DNA of 64,000 nt from Nitrospirales bacterium (lineage in GTDB: Bacteria; Nitrospirota; Nitrospiria; Nitrospirales; UBA8639), in NCBI GenBank assembly GCA_965203295.1, contig CBDBCZ010000019.1, forward strand, positions 1,952,001 to 2,016,000, read 5' to 3'. Shown here in pieces: positions 54,886-64,000 of the stretch; the stretch's first letter is position 1, and the number at the start of each line of letters is the position of its first letter. The notes beneath the pieces are model-generated. The model was given only the letters and a program-made list of their open reading frames with translations. It was not told the origin of the DNA and made no database searches. The position numbers were made by a program, and so were the translations under genes.

Positions 54886-55133
54886 ATCATTCCTTTCAAT
54901 GAATGAATGAGCCTAAAGTTTGAAGTTTATCACACTCTACCGTGAGTTGAGTCTAAAACTAGCCACCACCGAATCCAAGAAGGCTCCTTACGAAAAGGGG
55001 TTGGGCAAGACGAATGAATGCAGCGTCAAGAAACCAGGAGAGTGTTTTTGTGGTTAACGATGAGAGAGAGATCTCGCAAACCCTCAGGACATCTGCGTCA
55101 ACCAATCAAGAAAAAACAAGAGAAAGATATCGC

Positions 55134-56105
55134 TCATACTTTCTTAGGCATTGCTTTGTTTCGGAAACGGTCCACGTGCTTTTTGAATGAACGTTCACCT
55201 CGATACTCTGTCACACAGCGAGTTTCAAACAACGGGCTGGGATTCAAATCCCGGAGATGATCACGGTTCCAGGTGATATCCAGCTGCTCAATCATGGAGA
55301 TCAGAATCGGCACACCGTTCACACCAAGATGTCGGTCAGCATAGGAACGGGAAAAAATTAGCACTTCGCCGTCAAATAACACTGCGTTTATCTCACTTCT
55401 CACATCATGCTTCTGGTATTCCTCCACAAGCCGTTGGAATATGAGGGTTTGCTCCAATTCCTCGCCAAATGCAAAAAAGACGGAGATGCCAGCACGCCGC
55501 TGGTCATTGAGCACCTGAACAAAATCAGTTAACTGTGTCTCGTCTCTCATTTGAGACTGTCGAAGAATGAACACCCGACGGATTTTGACCCCTCGCCGAA
55601 CGGCACTTTGATTAGCCATAAGATAATTGGGAAACAAAGACCCATCACGTTTCCAAATCTGCCAACGTTCCATAATGGAGTCTACTGAAAGTTCCACCGT
55701 CCCGATTAAGGCTAACGCTTCGTTATAGGCGAGCGTGCCCTCATACGTCAGCATCTGTGATTCTAATTGCCGAAGCTCCTGGCCAATGGCTTCAACCTTC
55801 TTGGGAATATACCGAGGATGTTTGGGAACATTCACCATCACATCGACGGCAGTGAGCGCCATATCCCAATGACTTTTTTCTTCCGGTGCTGCTCGATCCT
55901 TTTGAGCCAAGATCAAAATTTCTACCGGACTTTTTTCTAAAAGGTTCGCCATTCTAATGCAAACGGATGTATTGGGAACCTTCTTTCCTCGGCGGAACCA
56001 ATTGGCTTCCGGTTGGCTTACCTTGAGTTTTTTCGCCAAGGCATAATCATTGGCAATCCGATATTTCTGTTTAATTTGGTGAATGTATTTAGGGATACCC
56101 GCCAT
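55134..56105 (-). CDS. HTH regulator: phage-repressor-like N-terminus fused to an uncharacterised C-terminal domain
   Basis: NDYALAKKLKVSQ..RMANLLEKSPVEIL..DRA..HW; C-terminal AVRRGVKIRRVFIL. Confidence 0.65.
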   Translation of the reverse strand: MAGIPKYIHQIKQKYRIANDYALAKKLKVSQPEANWFRRGKKVPNTSVCIRMANLLEKSPVEILILAQKDRAAPEEKSHWDMALTAVDVMVNVPKHPRYIPKKVEAIGQELRQLESQMLTYEGTLAYNEALALIGTVELSVDSIMERWQIWKRDGSLFPNYLMANQSAVRRGVKIRRVFILRQSQMRDETQLTDFVQVLNDQRRAGISVFFAFGEELEQTLIFQRLVEEYQKHDVRSEINAVLFDGEVLIFSRSYADRHLGVNGVPILISMIEQLDITWNRDHLRDLNPSPLFETRCVTEYRGERSFKKHVDRFRNKAMPKKV

Positions 56106-56639
56106 TCCCTACACCCCTACCCTTGCGTTAAAAAGTCCGTCTCTCGTGTTGGAAATTGGAGTTTTTCACTTCTCTCCCAAAGCAGCATGTTACTGATGGA
56201 GAGAAAGACAAAACAAGCCTTAGCAGGCGGCGATTTGCCCATCATAACTCATAGGGCATTGATAAATTGCTCTCTCTCTAATCTTTTCGAAGTGTATGTG
56301 AAAAAGCTTCGTGCATGTACTCGCCAACTACGGCATTGGCAAAGTAAAATGTCACACATTAAATTATTAATGATTGTTATGTTATAATAAAAACCTAATA
56401 TTACACAAGGAACGCGCGGGAGGCCCGAGCCCGTTGCTTGCCCCACACAACTCCCCAAGACACTCTCTTCCTTCCACCGAATGCGTTGCAGAAAAGAAAG
56501 ACCTTGACTAAACCTTTCTTCTCCTACCCCTTCCCATAGTTTTTTTACTTCTTAACTTGCGATATCCATCAACCGTAGCTACTGGAGGCTCTGGCAAAAT
56601 CCTTGAGCGCGACCTAGTCCAAGTCCTCGGGCCGTGCTA

Positions 56640-56738
56640 GATCTCTACTCCGCACCCCTTATGCAAAAACTTGAGCTGCAGAAGCGGGTTGAACTGGTTC
56701 GCTTTGCCCGTGAGGCCGATCTCTTCTCTGATGTGTGA
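56640..56738 (+). pseudogene. LuxR/NarL HTH C-terminal remnant
   Basis: LMQKLELQKRVELVRFAREA. Confidence 0.5.
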
Positions 56739-57520
56739 GTTGTTCCAAAATCGATGATGTCCTTCCCTGTTCGTGAGTGGTTTTCCCGGCAACATTTTAT
56801 AGTTTCCCCGCTACCGGTTGGCTGGAAGCACGAATAGCCTTATTTCATACTCGATGGGGTTTCAGTTCCTGGCTTCATGGAGTAACCACTCAACCATTGA
56901 TTTATTGAGGAGTGGACTGAGGCATTCGAGATGAATATCCCTTCCGGCAAGAAAGTGCGACGCCAGAATTCGGGTTGAGACCCGTACCTATTCTGGTACA
57001 TAGGTGTATAGGTTCATGTACAACTCTTCCCCTTCCGTGTGCCTCTCCCATCAAGATGTCTGTCTCAAAAGAATTGGTATTTCAATAGATTAGACAAAGT
57101 AATGTCTGGGTCCAGAAAACAGGAACACATTTTGCTTACTGTTTATGGAGGAAGATCTTGTGGTCGAATCTTTCTCAGTTGGCAAAGAGGCCCCCAGGCA
57201 TTGGGGAGCTGGGCTTTTCACGATGCTGCTGGCAATGAATGTAGGAGCTCTCTCCTGGAGGCGCTCCCGAGATGACAGGCAGTGGGAGGGAGCAGAGCTT
57301 CAGGTGGGGGAGACATTGTTCTAGCTGAACAGAGCAAGACCTTTACAGGCATTCCGGAGCTCGGGAGATGGGCCATAGTCCGGAACACGGATAAGGCGAA
57401 GGCTGTCACCGAGTTGATATAGTCAGTCCCATCAGGAAATGTTGAAAAAACTCAACAATGGCGAACAACGACCTAATCTGTCAGCCGCTAATGCTAAATT
57501 AATTGATTGAAACGTTGCCA

Positions 57521-57990
57521 ATGCCAAAAGCAGCCGTGAAATGTCGACTCAGTCGCAGCTAGTTGAAGCAATGTTCCAAGACCCTGAGTACGTGCGCCTG
57601 CCTCAATCTGCGCAAAACCTCCCGCGCCATTACCCGGTACGTATGATAACGCTATCCGCCCATGTGGGCTTCTGCCGACGCAGATGCCCGTCCTGGTCAC
57701 GCTCGCGGTCAGTGAGCAAATCAGCGTGACGCAATTAGCCCAGCAGTTGGTCATGGACACCTCGAGCGTCACGCGGAGTCTTAAGCCTTTGGCCGATCGG
57801 AAGCTTATCACCCTGACAAGGGGGAAGAGGAGTCACACCCAAGCAGTCTCACTGACCCTTCGGGGTCACGCACTCCTCACTCAAGTCTTTCCCCTATAGG
57901 AGCAATCGCAGAAGCAGTTAATCGCGAAGTTGGGCCGCAAACGCTGGCAGAAATTGCAAGCGTTACTACCTAGTGCGGTGCATGGCAATA
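57521..57990 (+). pseudogene. MarR-family regulator, disrupted
   Basis: CACLNLRKTSRAITR(fs)YDNAIRPCGLLPTQ..MDTSSVTRSLKPL..PL*EQSQ (TAG where Trp is usual); end approximate. Confidence 0.8.
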
Positions 57991-58104
57991 AATATTGTTT
58001 TTGTTCGAGAGGTGCAGAAATAAAGTCTCCCGCCTTAATTTTAATTACCGTAACTTTAAAGCCATGCCCATTGGGTAGGTGCTTCACTTAGGAGGGAAGC
58101 AATC

Positions 58105-58556
58105 ATGGAAAAAAAGAAGTCGTCGCTAAGTTACTTGCTGCAAAAGCGGCTACAGGTAAAACCTACGATGAATTGGCAGACGCCTTAGGGCTTTGCAATG
58201 TCTACGTGGGACAACTCTTTCGCCGTCAAGCTCAATTAAAAAAGGACACCGAAGCAAGGCTAGTCAAGCTTGTGCACGGCCTGACCGAAGATCTCCTCAA
58301 AGAAATGCGGAAGTGTCCTATGCGATCTTTTGATCCGGCTGTTATTCAAGAACCACATATCTATCGTATGACAGAAGTGTGTTGCCATTACGGTGATTCG
58401 ATCTTGGAAATCATGAACGAGCAGTTTGGCGATGGCATTATGTCAGCCATCGATTTCAAGCTCACCGTCAGTAAGCGCAAGGGAGACAAGGGAGAAGATC
58501 GAGTCGTCTTGACTTGGGATGGAAAATTCTTAGCCCATATTGAACAAACAAAATGA
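58105..58556 (+). pseudogene. cynS: cyanase with a 1-nt deletion in the 5' A-run
   Basis: RBS GGAGG; ATG GAA AAA AAG (A7, A8 needed); EPHIYRMTEV, FGDGIMSAIDF, GKFL motifs intact. Confidence 0.9.
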
Positions 58557-58842
58557 CAGGTTCGTGATTTTCCCTTACTTGAAGATTTAGAAAGAGGCGC
58601 TTCCGGGGGATTCCTCCGGAAGCGTGAGGGAGAGTCGACTGGTATCGTAGAAGCTTCTCAATGAGGATTTATAAAGTTCTCCAACGAGAAGGAAGCTCAT
58701 GAATACCATCATCGTGGGGGACCTAGAGTGAGAATAAGCGCGGTTTTTGAACCATCCGCAATGAAGGTCTAGGTTATTTAGGGCCACCAACAGTCGTAAT
58801 TTCCGAGATGTCCGATAAGGACATTACGTTAAGGAGGAGGAA

Positions 58843-59643
58843 ATGGACTACGTAAAACCAGCTGATATAGCTGCCAGCATGGCTGCAGTAGGCGCGACGA
58901 AGGCCAAACTGCCCGTCAGTTCGCTTATCTTGCGCGGCGCATTAGCAGGAGCGTTTCTTGCTGTCGCGACGAGTATGGCAGTCACTGCGGCGGTTCAGAC
59001 CAGTTTCCCGATTGTAGGCGCGATCATTTTCCCCTTTGGGCTCTGCCTTGTGATCTTACTTGGGACAGAGCTGATCAACCGGTAGCTTTGCTCTATTACC
59101 GTGCGCGACAGCCGACAATGCAGCAGATTGGGGGCAGGTGCTCGTTAATTGGGGATGGGTCTTTCTAGGCAATCTCATCGGCAGTGTCGGTTACGCCATC
59201 CTATTGTCCATCTCACTGACCATGATGGGTTCCTTTGATCCTTTGCCCGTCGGTCAAAAGCTTGTTAAGGTCGCCGAGGCGAAAACAATTGGGTATGCCA
59301 GCCCATGGTGGTGCCGGAATGGTCACCGTGTTCGTGAAAGCAATTTTGTGTAACTGGATGGTGAGTCTTGCTGTCGTGATGGCCATGGCGTCGACATCTG
59401 TCATTGGAAAGATGCTGGCAATATTGGTGGCCCGTGATGCTCTTCTTCTCTCAAGGCTTCGAGCATACCGTGGTCAACATGTTTGTCATTCCTGTCGGCA
59501 TGTTGATGGGTGCCAACGTTTCTATTGGACAATGGTGGATCTGGAACCAAATTCCTGTCACAACAGGAAACCTTGTTGGGGGGATGTTCTTTACAGGCCT
59601 GGCTATTTATCTCACCCACCGCCCACCAAAACAGACGACTTGA
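58843..59643 (+). pseudogene. formate/nitrite transporter (FNT, NirC/FocA-like) with three +1 frameshifts
   Basis: GALAGAFL, FPFGL, GNLIG, ILCNWMV, GFEHTVVNM, GNLVGG; insertions near 59077, 59299 and 59423. Confidence 0.88.
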
Positions 59644-59724
59644 GAATATGTCGTCATTCGAGGATTGTTCATCCGGGCTGAGACTTCCAAAGCATTTTGG
59701 AGATGAACAGGCCCGAACATTCAA

Positions 59725-59909
59725 GTGAAGCTCCCCGCGCTCCCGCGCGGGGCTTCTTCTCTATTGCGGAACTCTCCGAAGCGAGTAGCTCTTCCCTCGC
59801 CAAATTGCCGATGCGCTAAAACCACTTTGGGAGTGTCGCGGCTTCAGAGGGGGACTCTCCGCCATTCAAGCCCACCCTCGCGGGTGGGCATACAGGTGAA
59901 GGAGAGTAA
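59725..59909. mobile_element. non-autonomous two-hairpin element (IS200/IS605 PATE-like)
   Basis: Hairpins ccccgcgc-tccc-gcgcgggg (59733-59752) and gcccaccc-tcgc-gggtgggc (59870-59889); no credible ORF. Confidence 0.5.
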
Positions 59910-60089
59910 ACGGCTCGGCTGAACATTTCCTAAAGACAGGAATCTCTCCTCAACCGGCTAAACGGCAAGACATGCATTGTATTTCACTAGTATGTCTCGT
60001 CGGGCCCTGATTTGGGCAGATGAATCTGACAATCTTCCTACCCTCAGGCCCGTGACAATTTAACGAAAGGCGAGAAGATAACGTGGCTA

Positions 60090-60436
60090 TAAACAACACG
60101 GGCCATCATCACAAATGATGATGGCCCGTGTTTGGCGCTTAGGCGCCGATCTTTCTTATTTTTGGTTAACCCAATGGGCTCACGAACAAGGCATCTTGTT
60201 CTCCCGTCAGAGTCACGGGCCGCCGAGTGCGTGACCTTTCTGAGGTCCTTCGCTTCTCCAGACCTCATATTCCTCTTCAATAATAATGCAGTTAGTCTTT
60301 TATCGTACCCGTGGGACCTGGTGGCCTGTCTGCCCTCTCCTCTTATTATTTAGGTCCTATACATTAGAAGACCCCCTCTTGTGAAACCTGGAACACTCCT
60401 CACAGAGATTTCCACGCAACATACAATCACCAATTG
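60090..60436 (-). ncRNA. candidate structured ncRNA of about 340 nt, family unknown
   Basis: Promoter upstream, five internal hairpins, perfect terminator hairpin. Confidence 0.5.
60091..60132 (-). terminator. intrinsic terminator
   Basis: Perfect 17-bp stem aacacgggccatcatca-caaa-tgatgatggcccgtgtt; minus-strand tail GUUGUUU. Confidence 0.8.
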
Positions 60437-60442
60437 CAAAAA

Positions 60443-60470
60443 ATCCTATACCCCTTACCAGCTATGTCAA
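60443..60470 (-). promoter_or_regulatory. sigma70 promoter
   Basis: TTGACA-N16-TAGGAT on the minus strand. Confidence 0.6.
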
Positions 60471-60733
60471 CTGGAGACTTGAGATTTTGATCAATGTATT
60501 CGTATGATGTCCCTAAGCAACTTTTGTTTGTAAATGATCGTGCATTGATGAGAGAAAGGTCAGAATACAAGCGATATCATCTAGAAGCCCGCCTCCAAGG
60601 TCACCTCAAACAATAAAGAACATTCAATAAAGAACATTTTCATTGTATATGATAAGGAAATAGCTCCATGAAAAACGTTTTGCAAGATTTTGTGAATATT
60701 GTTTGTTCTTTTCCCGGGAACACCCGCAACTTC

Positions 60734-61504
60734 ATGATGGGTAGACTGAATGGAATTCCTCTTGTGATCGGGGTTCTAGGGCTTGTTCTTTTCTGGGGCA
60801 TCTCTATAGCCTCAGGTTTTGGCAGCAACTCGGATCAGCCAAGTGAATTGCCAAAGCCTAAGCTTCAAACAACCCCTCCTATTTTCAAAGAGTGGAACTT
60901 TGATTCAGTTCCCGCTGAAGGAAAACCTCCTGGTTTTAGTACCGCCACGGCTGGCCAGACACCCTCTGCCAAATGGCTCGTATCGGGTACCGCCTCTGCT
61001 CCCAGCCAACCCCACATCCTCACACAATCAGTGGCTTGCCCAGGCTCTCCTTGTTTTCATCTCTTGCTTGCCGACAATACACAGTTTGATTACTTTGATC
61101 TGTCGGTTCGCCTCCGCTCCACGTCTGGATCAAACGGCGGGGGTGGTCTGCTGTATCGATCCAATGACGGGAATCACTTTTATGCTGTGTTAGTGAGTCC
61201 AGATGCCCTCTCTTTGGAAGCTCTGCGAATCTCTCACGGAGAGATGACTTCCTTAGGACAAGCGAATTTGAAACATCGGCAGGGAGATTGGCACTCTCTT
61301 CGAATTCAACGAAATACCATTATTAGCAAGGAAATGATTGAGGTATTTTTCGATAATCAACTGATCCTATCCCTTTCCGATCAGACGATCCGTGGAGGGC
61401 AAGTTGGTCTCGTCACGACTGGCACATCGACCTATGGCTTCGATAATTTACGAGTCGTGGAGTTGTTAGCAAGTCGCCCGCTGTCACGACCGCCGGCCTA
61501 TTGA
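60734..61504 (+). CDS. membrane-anchored DUF1080/ConA-like beta-sandwich protein
   Basis: TM helix; WNFD, FDLSVRL, GGGLLYR, WHSLRI, GQVGL, FDNLRV; start uncertain (ORF from 60668). Confidence 0.7.
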   Translation: MMGRLNGIPLVIGVLGLVLFWGISIASGFGSNSDQPSELPKPKLQTTPPIFKEWNFDSVPAEGKPPGFSTATAGQTPSAKWLVSGTASAPSQPHILTQSVACPGSPCFHLLLADNTQFDYFDLSVRLRSTSGSNGGGGLLYRSNDGNHFYAVLVSPDALSLEALRISHGEMTSLGQANLKHRQGDWHSLRIQRNTIISKEMIEVFFDNQLILSLSDQTIRGGQVGLVTTGTSTYGFDNLRVVELLASRPLSRPPAY

Positions 61505-61648
61505 CCTCTAGCCTATTGACCATTTTGCGAAGGCAGATTCTCTTTCCGACATTTGCCTTTTACTTCTTTCACCGTTGATTCCAACTAGGCAAGGCAGGTC
61601 ACTGCTCTCGCACTTCTTCTTACCGGAAGGGAGATCGTCCCGCGTCTC

Positions 61649-62194
61649 TCACATGGCAACAGAAGAAAGAAGGTCCAGTAAGTTGTTGATATCTTGGGAT
61701 GCACATACCAGGGCGCGATTTTCCGAGGTGACAAATCCCTCATTGACTTGATAGTCGAAAAACGCCAGCAAGTGATCAAAGAAGCCGTCCACATTGAGGA
61801 GACCACAGGGTTTGTGATGAAGGGTGAGTTGTTTCCAGGTCACTATTTCACAGATTTCTTCTAGAGTCCCAAATCCACCGGGAATAACCATAAACGCATC
61901 GGACAGGTCGGCCATCAGAGCTTTCCGTTCATGCATCGAGCCAACAACATGTAGGGCTGAAAGACCTACATGGGCGAATTCTTTTTCAACCAAGAAGCCT
62001 GGAATAACCCCGACAATCTCTCCTCCACCCATAAGCACTTCATCGGCCAAAACACCCATCAAGCCCACGTTACCGCCGCCATATATTAAGCCAATCTTTC
62101 TGCGCAGAAATTCTTTGCCGACTTGCTTAGCCATCTCAGCATACCAAGGCCTTACCCCCGTGGAAGAGCCGCAAAATACACATGTTCGGTTCAT
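61649..62194 (-). CDS. LOG family nucleotide phosphoribohydrolase (TIGR00730)
   Basis: CVFCGSS, YGGGNVGLMG, MHERK, PGGFGTLEE. Confidence 0.95.
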   Translation of the reverse strand: MNRTCVFCGSSTGVRPWYAEMAKQVGKEFLRRKIGLIYGGGNVGLMGVLADEVLMGGGEIVGVIPGFLVEKEFAHVGLSALHVVGSMHERKALMADLSDAFMVIPGGFGTLEEICEIVTWKQLTLHHKPCGLLNVDGFFDHLLAFFDYQVNEGFVTSENRALVCASQDINNLLDLLSSVAM

Positions 62195-62419
62195 GAATTT
62201 CGTGTCCTCATTTTATCGCCTCGATTCATTTAGATGCTTTAAATCGTATTTTGACGTGCGCAGGGCTCGCTTCCAATCAATGTTTGGCTATTAGAGAAAG
62301 AACAAACGGGTCGTAAATCTCGTTAAGCAAGAAGGCGCTTGAGAGGAAAGATCGTCAGAAAGGAGTTCATTGCTGACTCTGATATTTCTCTTTTCATCAA
62401 CAATGAACGAATTAAATAG

Positions 62420-63793
62420 CTAGGGATAGAGTTTGCTTAAGGGCACCTGCCCCAATAATTCATCGACACGGGGACTATACGCACAAAAAGGATCCATGCA
62501 CAGAATGGTTTCTTCCCAATATCCATTGAGCTTTAAATACGTCCAATCGACAGTGTACGAGCGATTCTTTGCCCTGGCAAATCGAATGAAATCTCCACGC
62601 ACTTTGGCCCTTGTCGATTGAGGCGGAACCGTCATCGCCCGTTCAATGGCCGTTTCATCAACGATCTTCGCGGTCTTATCACGATTCGCCAGAAAGTAAT
62701 ACAGGCCACGCTTTCGATTCACATCGTGATATTGTAAATCGATCATTTGGACACGAGGGTCTTCCCATCCACACCCTTTCACGTTGGCATACGATTGAAT
62801 TAACCACTTTTTCGTCACCCAATCGATCTCTCTGACCAACAACATGGGATCTTCCTTCAGTCTATCCAACACCCGTTCCCATTCTTTTAATATATCCTTT
62901 AGGATTTTTTCATGTGGTCGAGCTTGCAAGTATTCCACGGCCTGTTCCCAATACATTCGTTGAATTTCAAGAGCGGACAATTCTCGCCCGTCATCCAGCT
63001 TGACTCGCTTCTTCAATGTCGGATCTCGTGAAATATCCCTAATCGCTTTCACGGGGTCCTCTAGCTCAATGCCTGAAACAAAAAAATCATCCTCGATCAT
63101 CGACAAGACTAAGTCCGCCGTTCCCACTTTCAGGTAAATCGCGAACTCGGACATATTCGAATCCCCTAAAATGATGTGGAGTCGACGGTACCGTTCGGCA
63201 TCAGCATGGGGTTCATCTCTCGTATTGATAATACTTCGCGAAGACGTTGTCGATGAAGACGTCTTTTCATGAATGTGTTGCGCCCGTTGGGAAATAAAGT
63301 AATGCGGTTTCCCAGACACTTTGAGAACTTTGCCGGCTCCAGAGAAAATTTGCCTCGTCACAAAGAACGGTATCAGTTGCTCTGCGATCTTCCAGAAGTC
63401 GACATCTCGACGCATAAGAAAATTTTCATGCGAACCGTAGGTATTGCCTAGCGAATCAGTATTGTTCTTAAAGATAAAAATGTCTCCAGAAAGTCCTTCT
63501 TCCCTCAACCGTTCTTCCGCCGCCGGAAGGCAGGACTCCAAAATCCGTTCTCCAGCTTTCTCGTGCATGATCAGGTCAAAGAGATCATCACATTCCGGAG
63601 TCGAGTACTCGGGATGGCAGCCGGTGTCTTGATAGAACCGTGCTCCATTGGTCAAGAAAGCATTGGAGGGCCAACTATTAGGAATCAGCCCTTCAAAAAT
63701 ATAGCCTAATATTTTCTCTATAGGCAGATAGATTCGCCCATTGGGAGAAAAGGTCAGACCATATTCACATTCCAGTCCAAATATTCGCTTCAT
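62420..63793 (-). CDS. pafA: Pup--protein ligase
   Basis: RIFGLECEYG, NGARFYQDTGCHPEY, KNNTDS, INTRDEPHADAERYRRLH, YTVDW..MDPF (PafA-type C-terminus). Confidence 0.9.
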   Translation of the reverse strand: MKRIFGLECEYGLTFSPNGRIYLPIEKILGYIFEGLIPNSWPSNAFLTNGARFYQDTGCHPEYSTPECDDLFDLIMHEKAGERILESCLPAAEERLREEGLSGDIFIFKNNTDSLGNTYGSHENFLMRRDVDFWKIAEQLIPFFVTRQIFSGAGKVLKVSGKPHYFISQRAQHIHEKTSSSTTSSRSIINTRDEPHADAERYRRLHIILGDSNMSEFAIYLKVGTADLVLSMIEDDFFVSGIELEDPVKAIRDISRDPTLKKRVKLDDGRELSALEIQRMYWEQAVEYLQARPHEKILKDILKEWERVLDRLKEDPMLLVREIDWVTKKWLIQSYANVKGCGWEDPRVQMIDLQYHDVNRKRGLYYFLANRDKTAKIVDETAIERAMTVPPQSTRAKVRGDFIRFARAKNRSYTVDWTYLKLNGYWEETILCMDPFCAYSPRVDELLGQVPLSKLYP

Positions 63794-63867
63794 ACTTTCA
63801 AAGTAGTTCTATACTGTTCCCAGCATACACATCCCATACTTGATCCTTCAACCTAAAGGAGAGAATT

Positions 63868-64000
63868 TTACTCAGAATGAGCAAGAAGGTCGGCAGATTC
63901 AGAATGCGAAATCCGCCGAAATTTCCGTTCCATTCGTGCCCGATCGAGGACTGCCACCTCAATGTCATCAAGAGGCACGGTTTGTTCAGAGATCGTTTCG
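63868..64000 (-). CDS. prcA: 20S proteasome alpha subunit C-terminus (partial)
   Basis: Manual translation ETISEQTVPLDDIEVAVLDRARMERKFRRISHSESADLLAHSE*, directly upstream of pafA. Confidence 0.75.
   Translation of the reverse strand, partial: ETISEQTVPLDDIEVAVLDRARMERKFRRISHSESADLLAHSE

Noticed and set aside
55134..56105. Filamentous prophage
   Set aside because: No Zot/pI, Rep or coat genes nearby; only the HTH resembles phage proteins.
56800..57430. Possible IS end (cagaattcgggtt) and gene debris
   Set aside because: Too degraded to assign without a search.
60044..60280. 78-aa ORF on the minus strand
   Set aside because: It runs through the terminator hairpin and has no protein-like features.

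Overview
A 64-kb bacterial chromosomal segment. The organism is probably Nitrospirota/Nitrospirales, inferred from a diderm envelope (TolC and MacAB-like exporter) together with a Pup-proteasome locus (prcA end plus pafA) and a cyanase/FNT operon. It carries about 60 genes and a tRNA-Arg(CCT). Intact housekeeping or stress genes include lipA, msrB, ptrB, an rnz-like gene, hsp20, pafA, a sigma70 factor, a DegT aminotransferase and a LOG protein. About 20 genes are visibly broken by nonsense codons, frameshifts or internal deletions, often operon by operon (RR-HK-degP; marR-cynS-FNT; ocd-MOSC-yqaA; malQ, sthA), which points to ongoing genome erosion. The most interesting items are: (1) a bufferin-like MNIO (DUF692) RiPP cassette whose six-Cys precursor carries a lipobox, embedded in a DUF547/ferritin-like/TIGR04283 module; (2) an unannotated ~340-nt multi-hairpin candidate ncRNA with its own sigma70 promoter and a perfect 17-bp terminator; (3) an ArfB with GGR in place of GGQ; (4) a cyanase whose frameshift sits on an A-AAA-AAG slippery site; (5) a composite MITE/REP repeat family and a PATE-like element. 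All family assignments come from motif recognition by eye; no searches were run.
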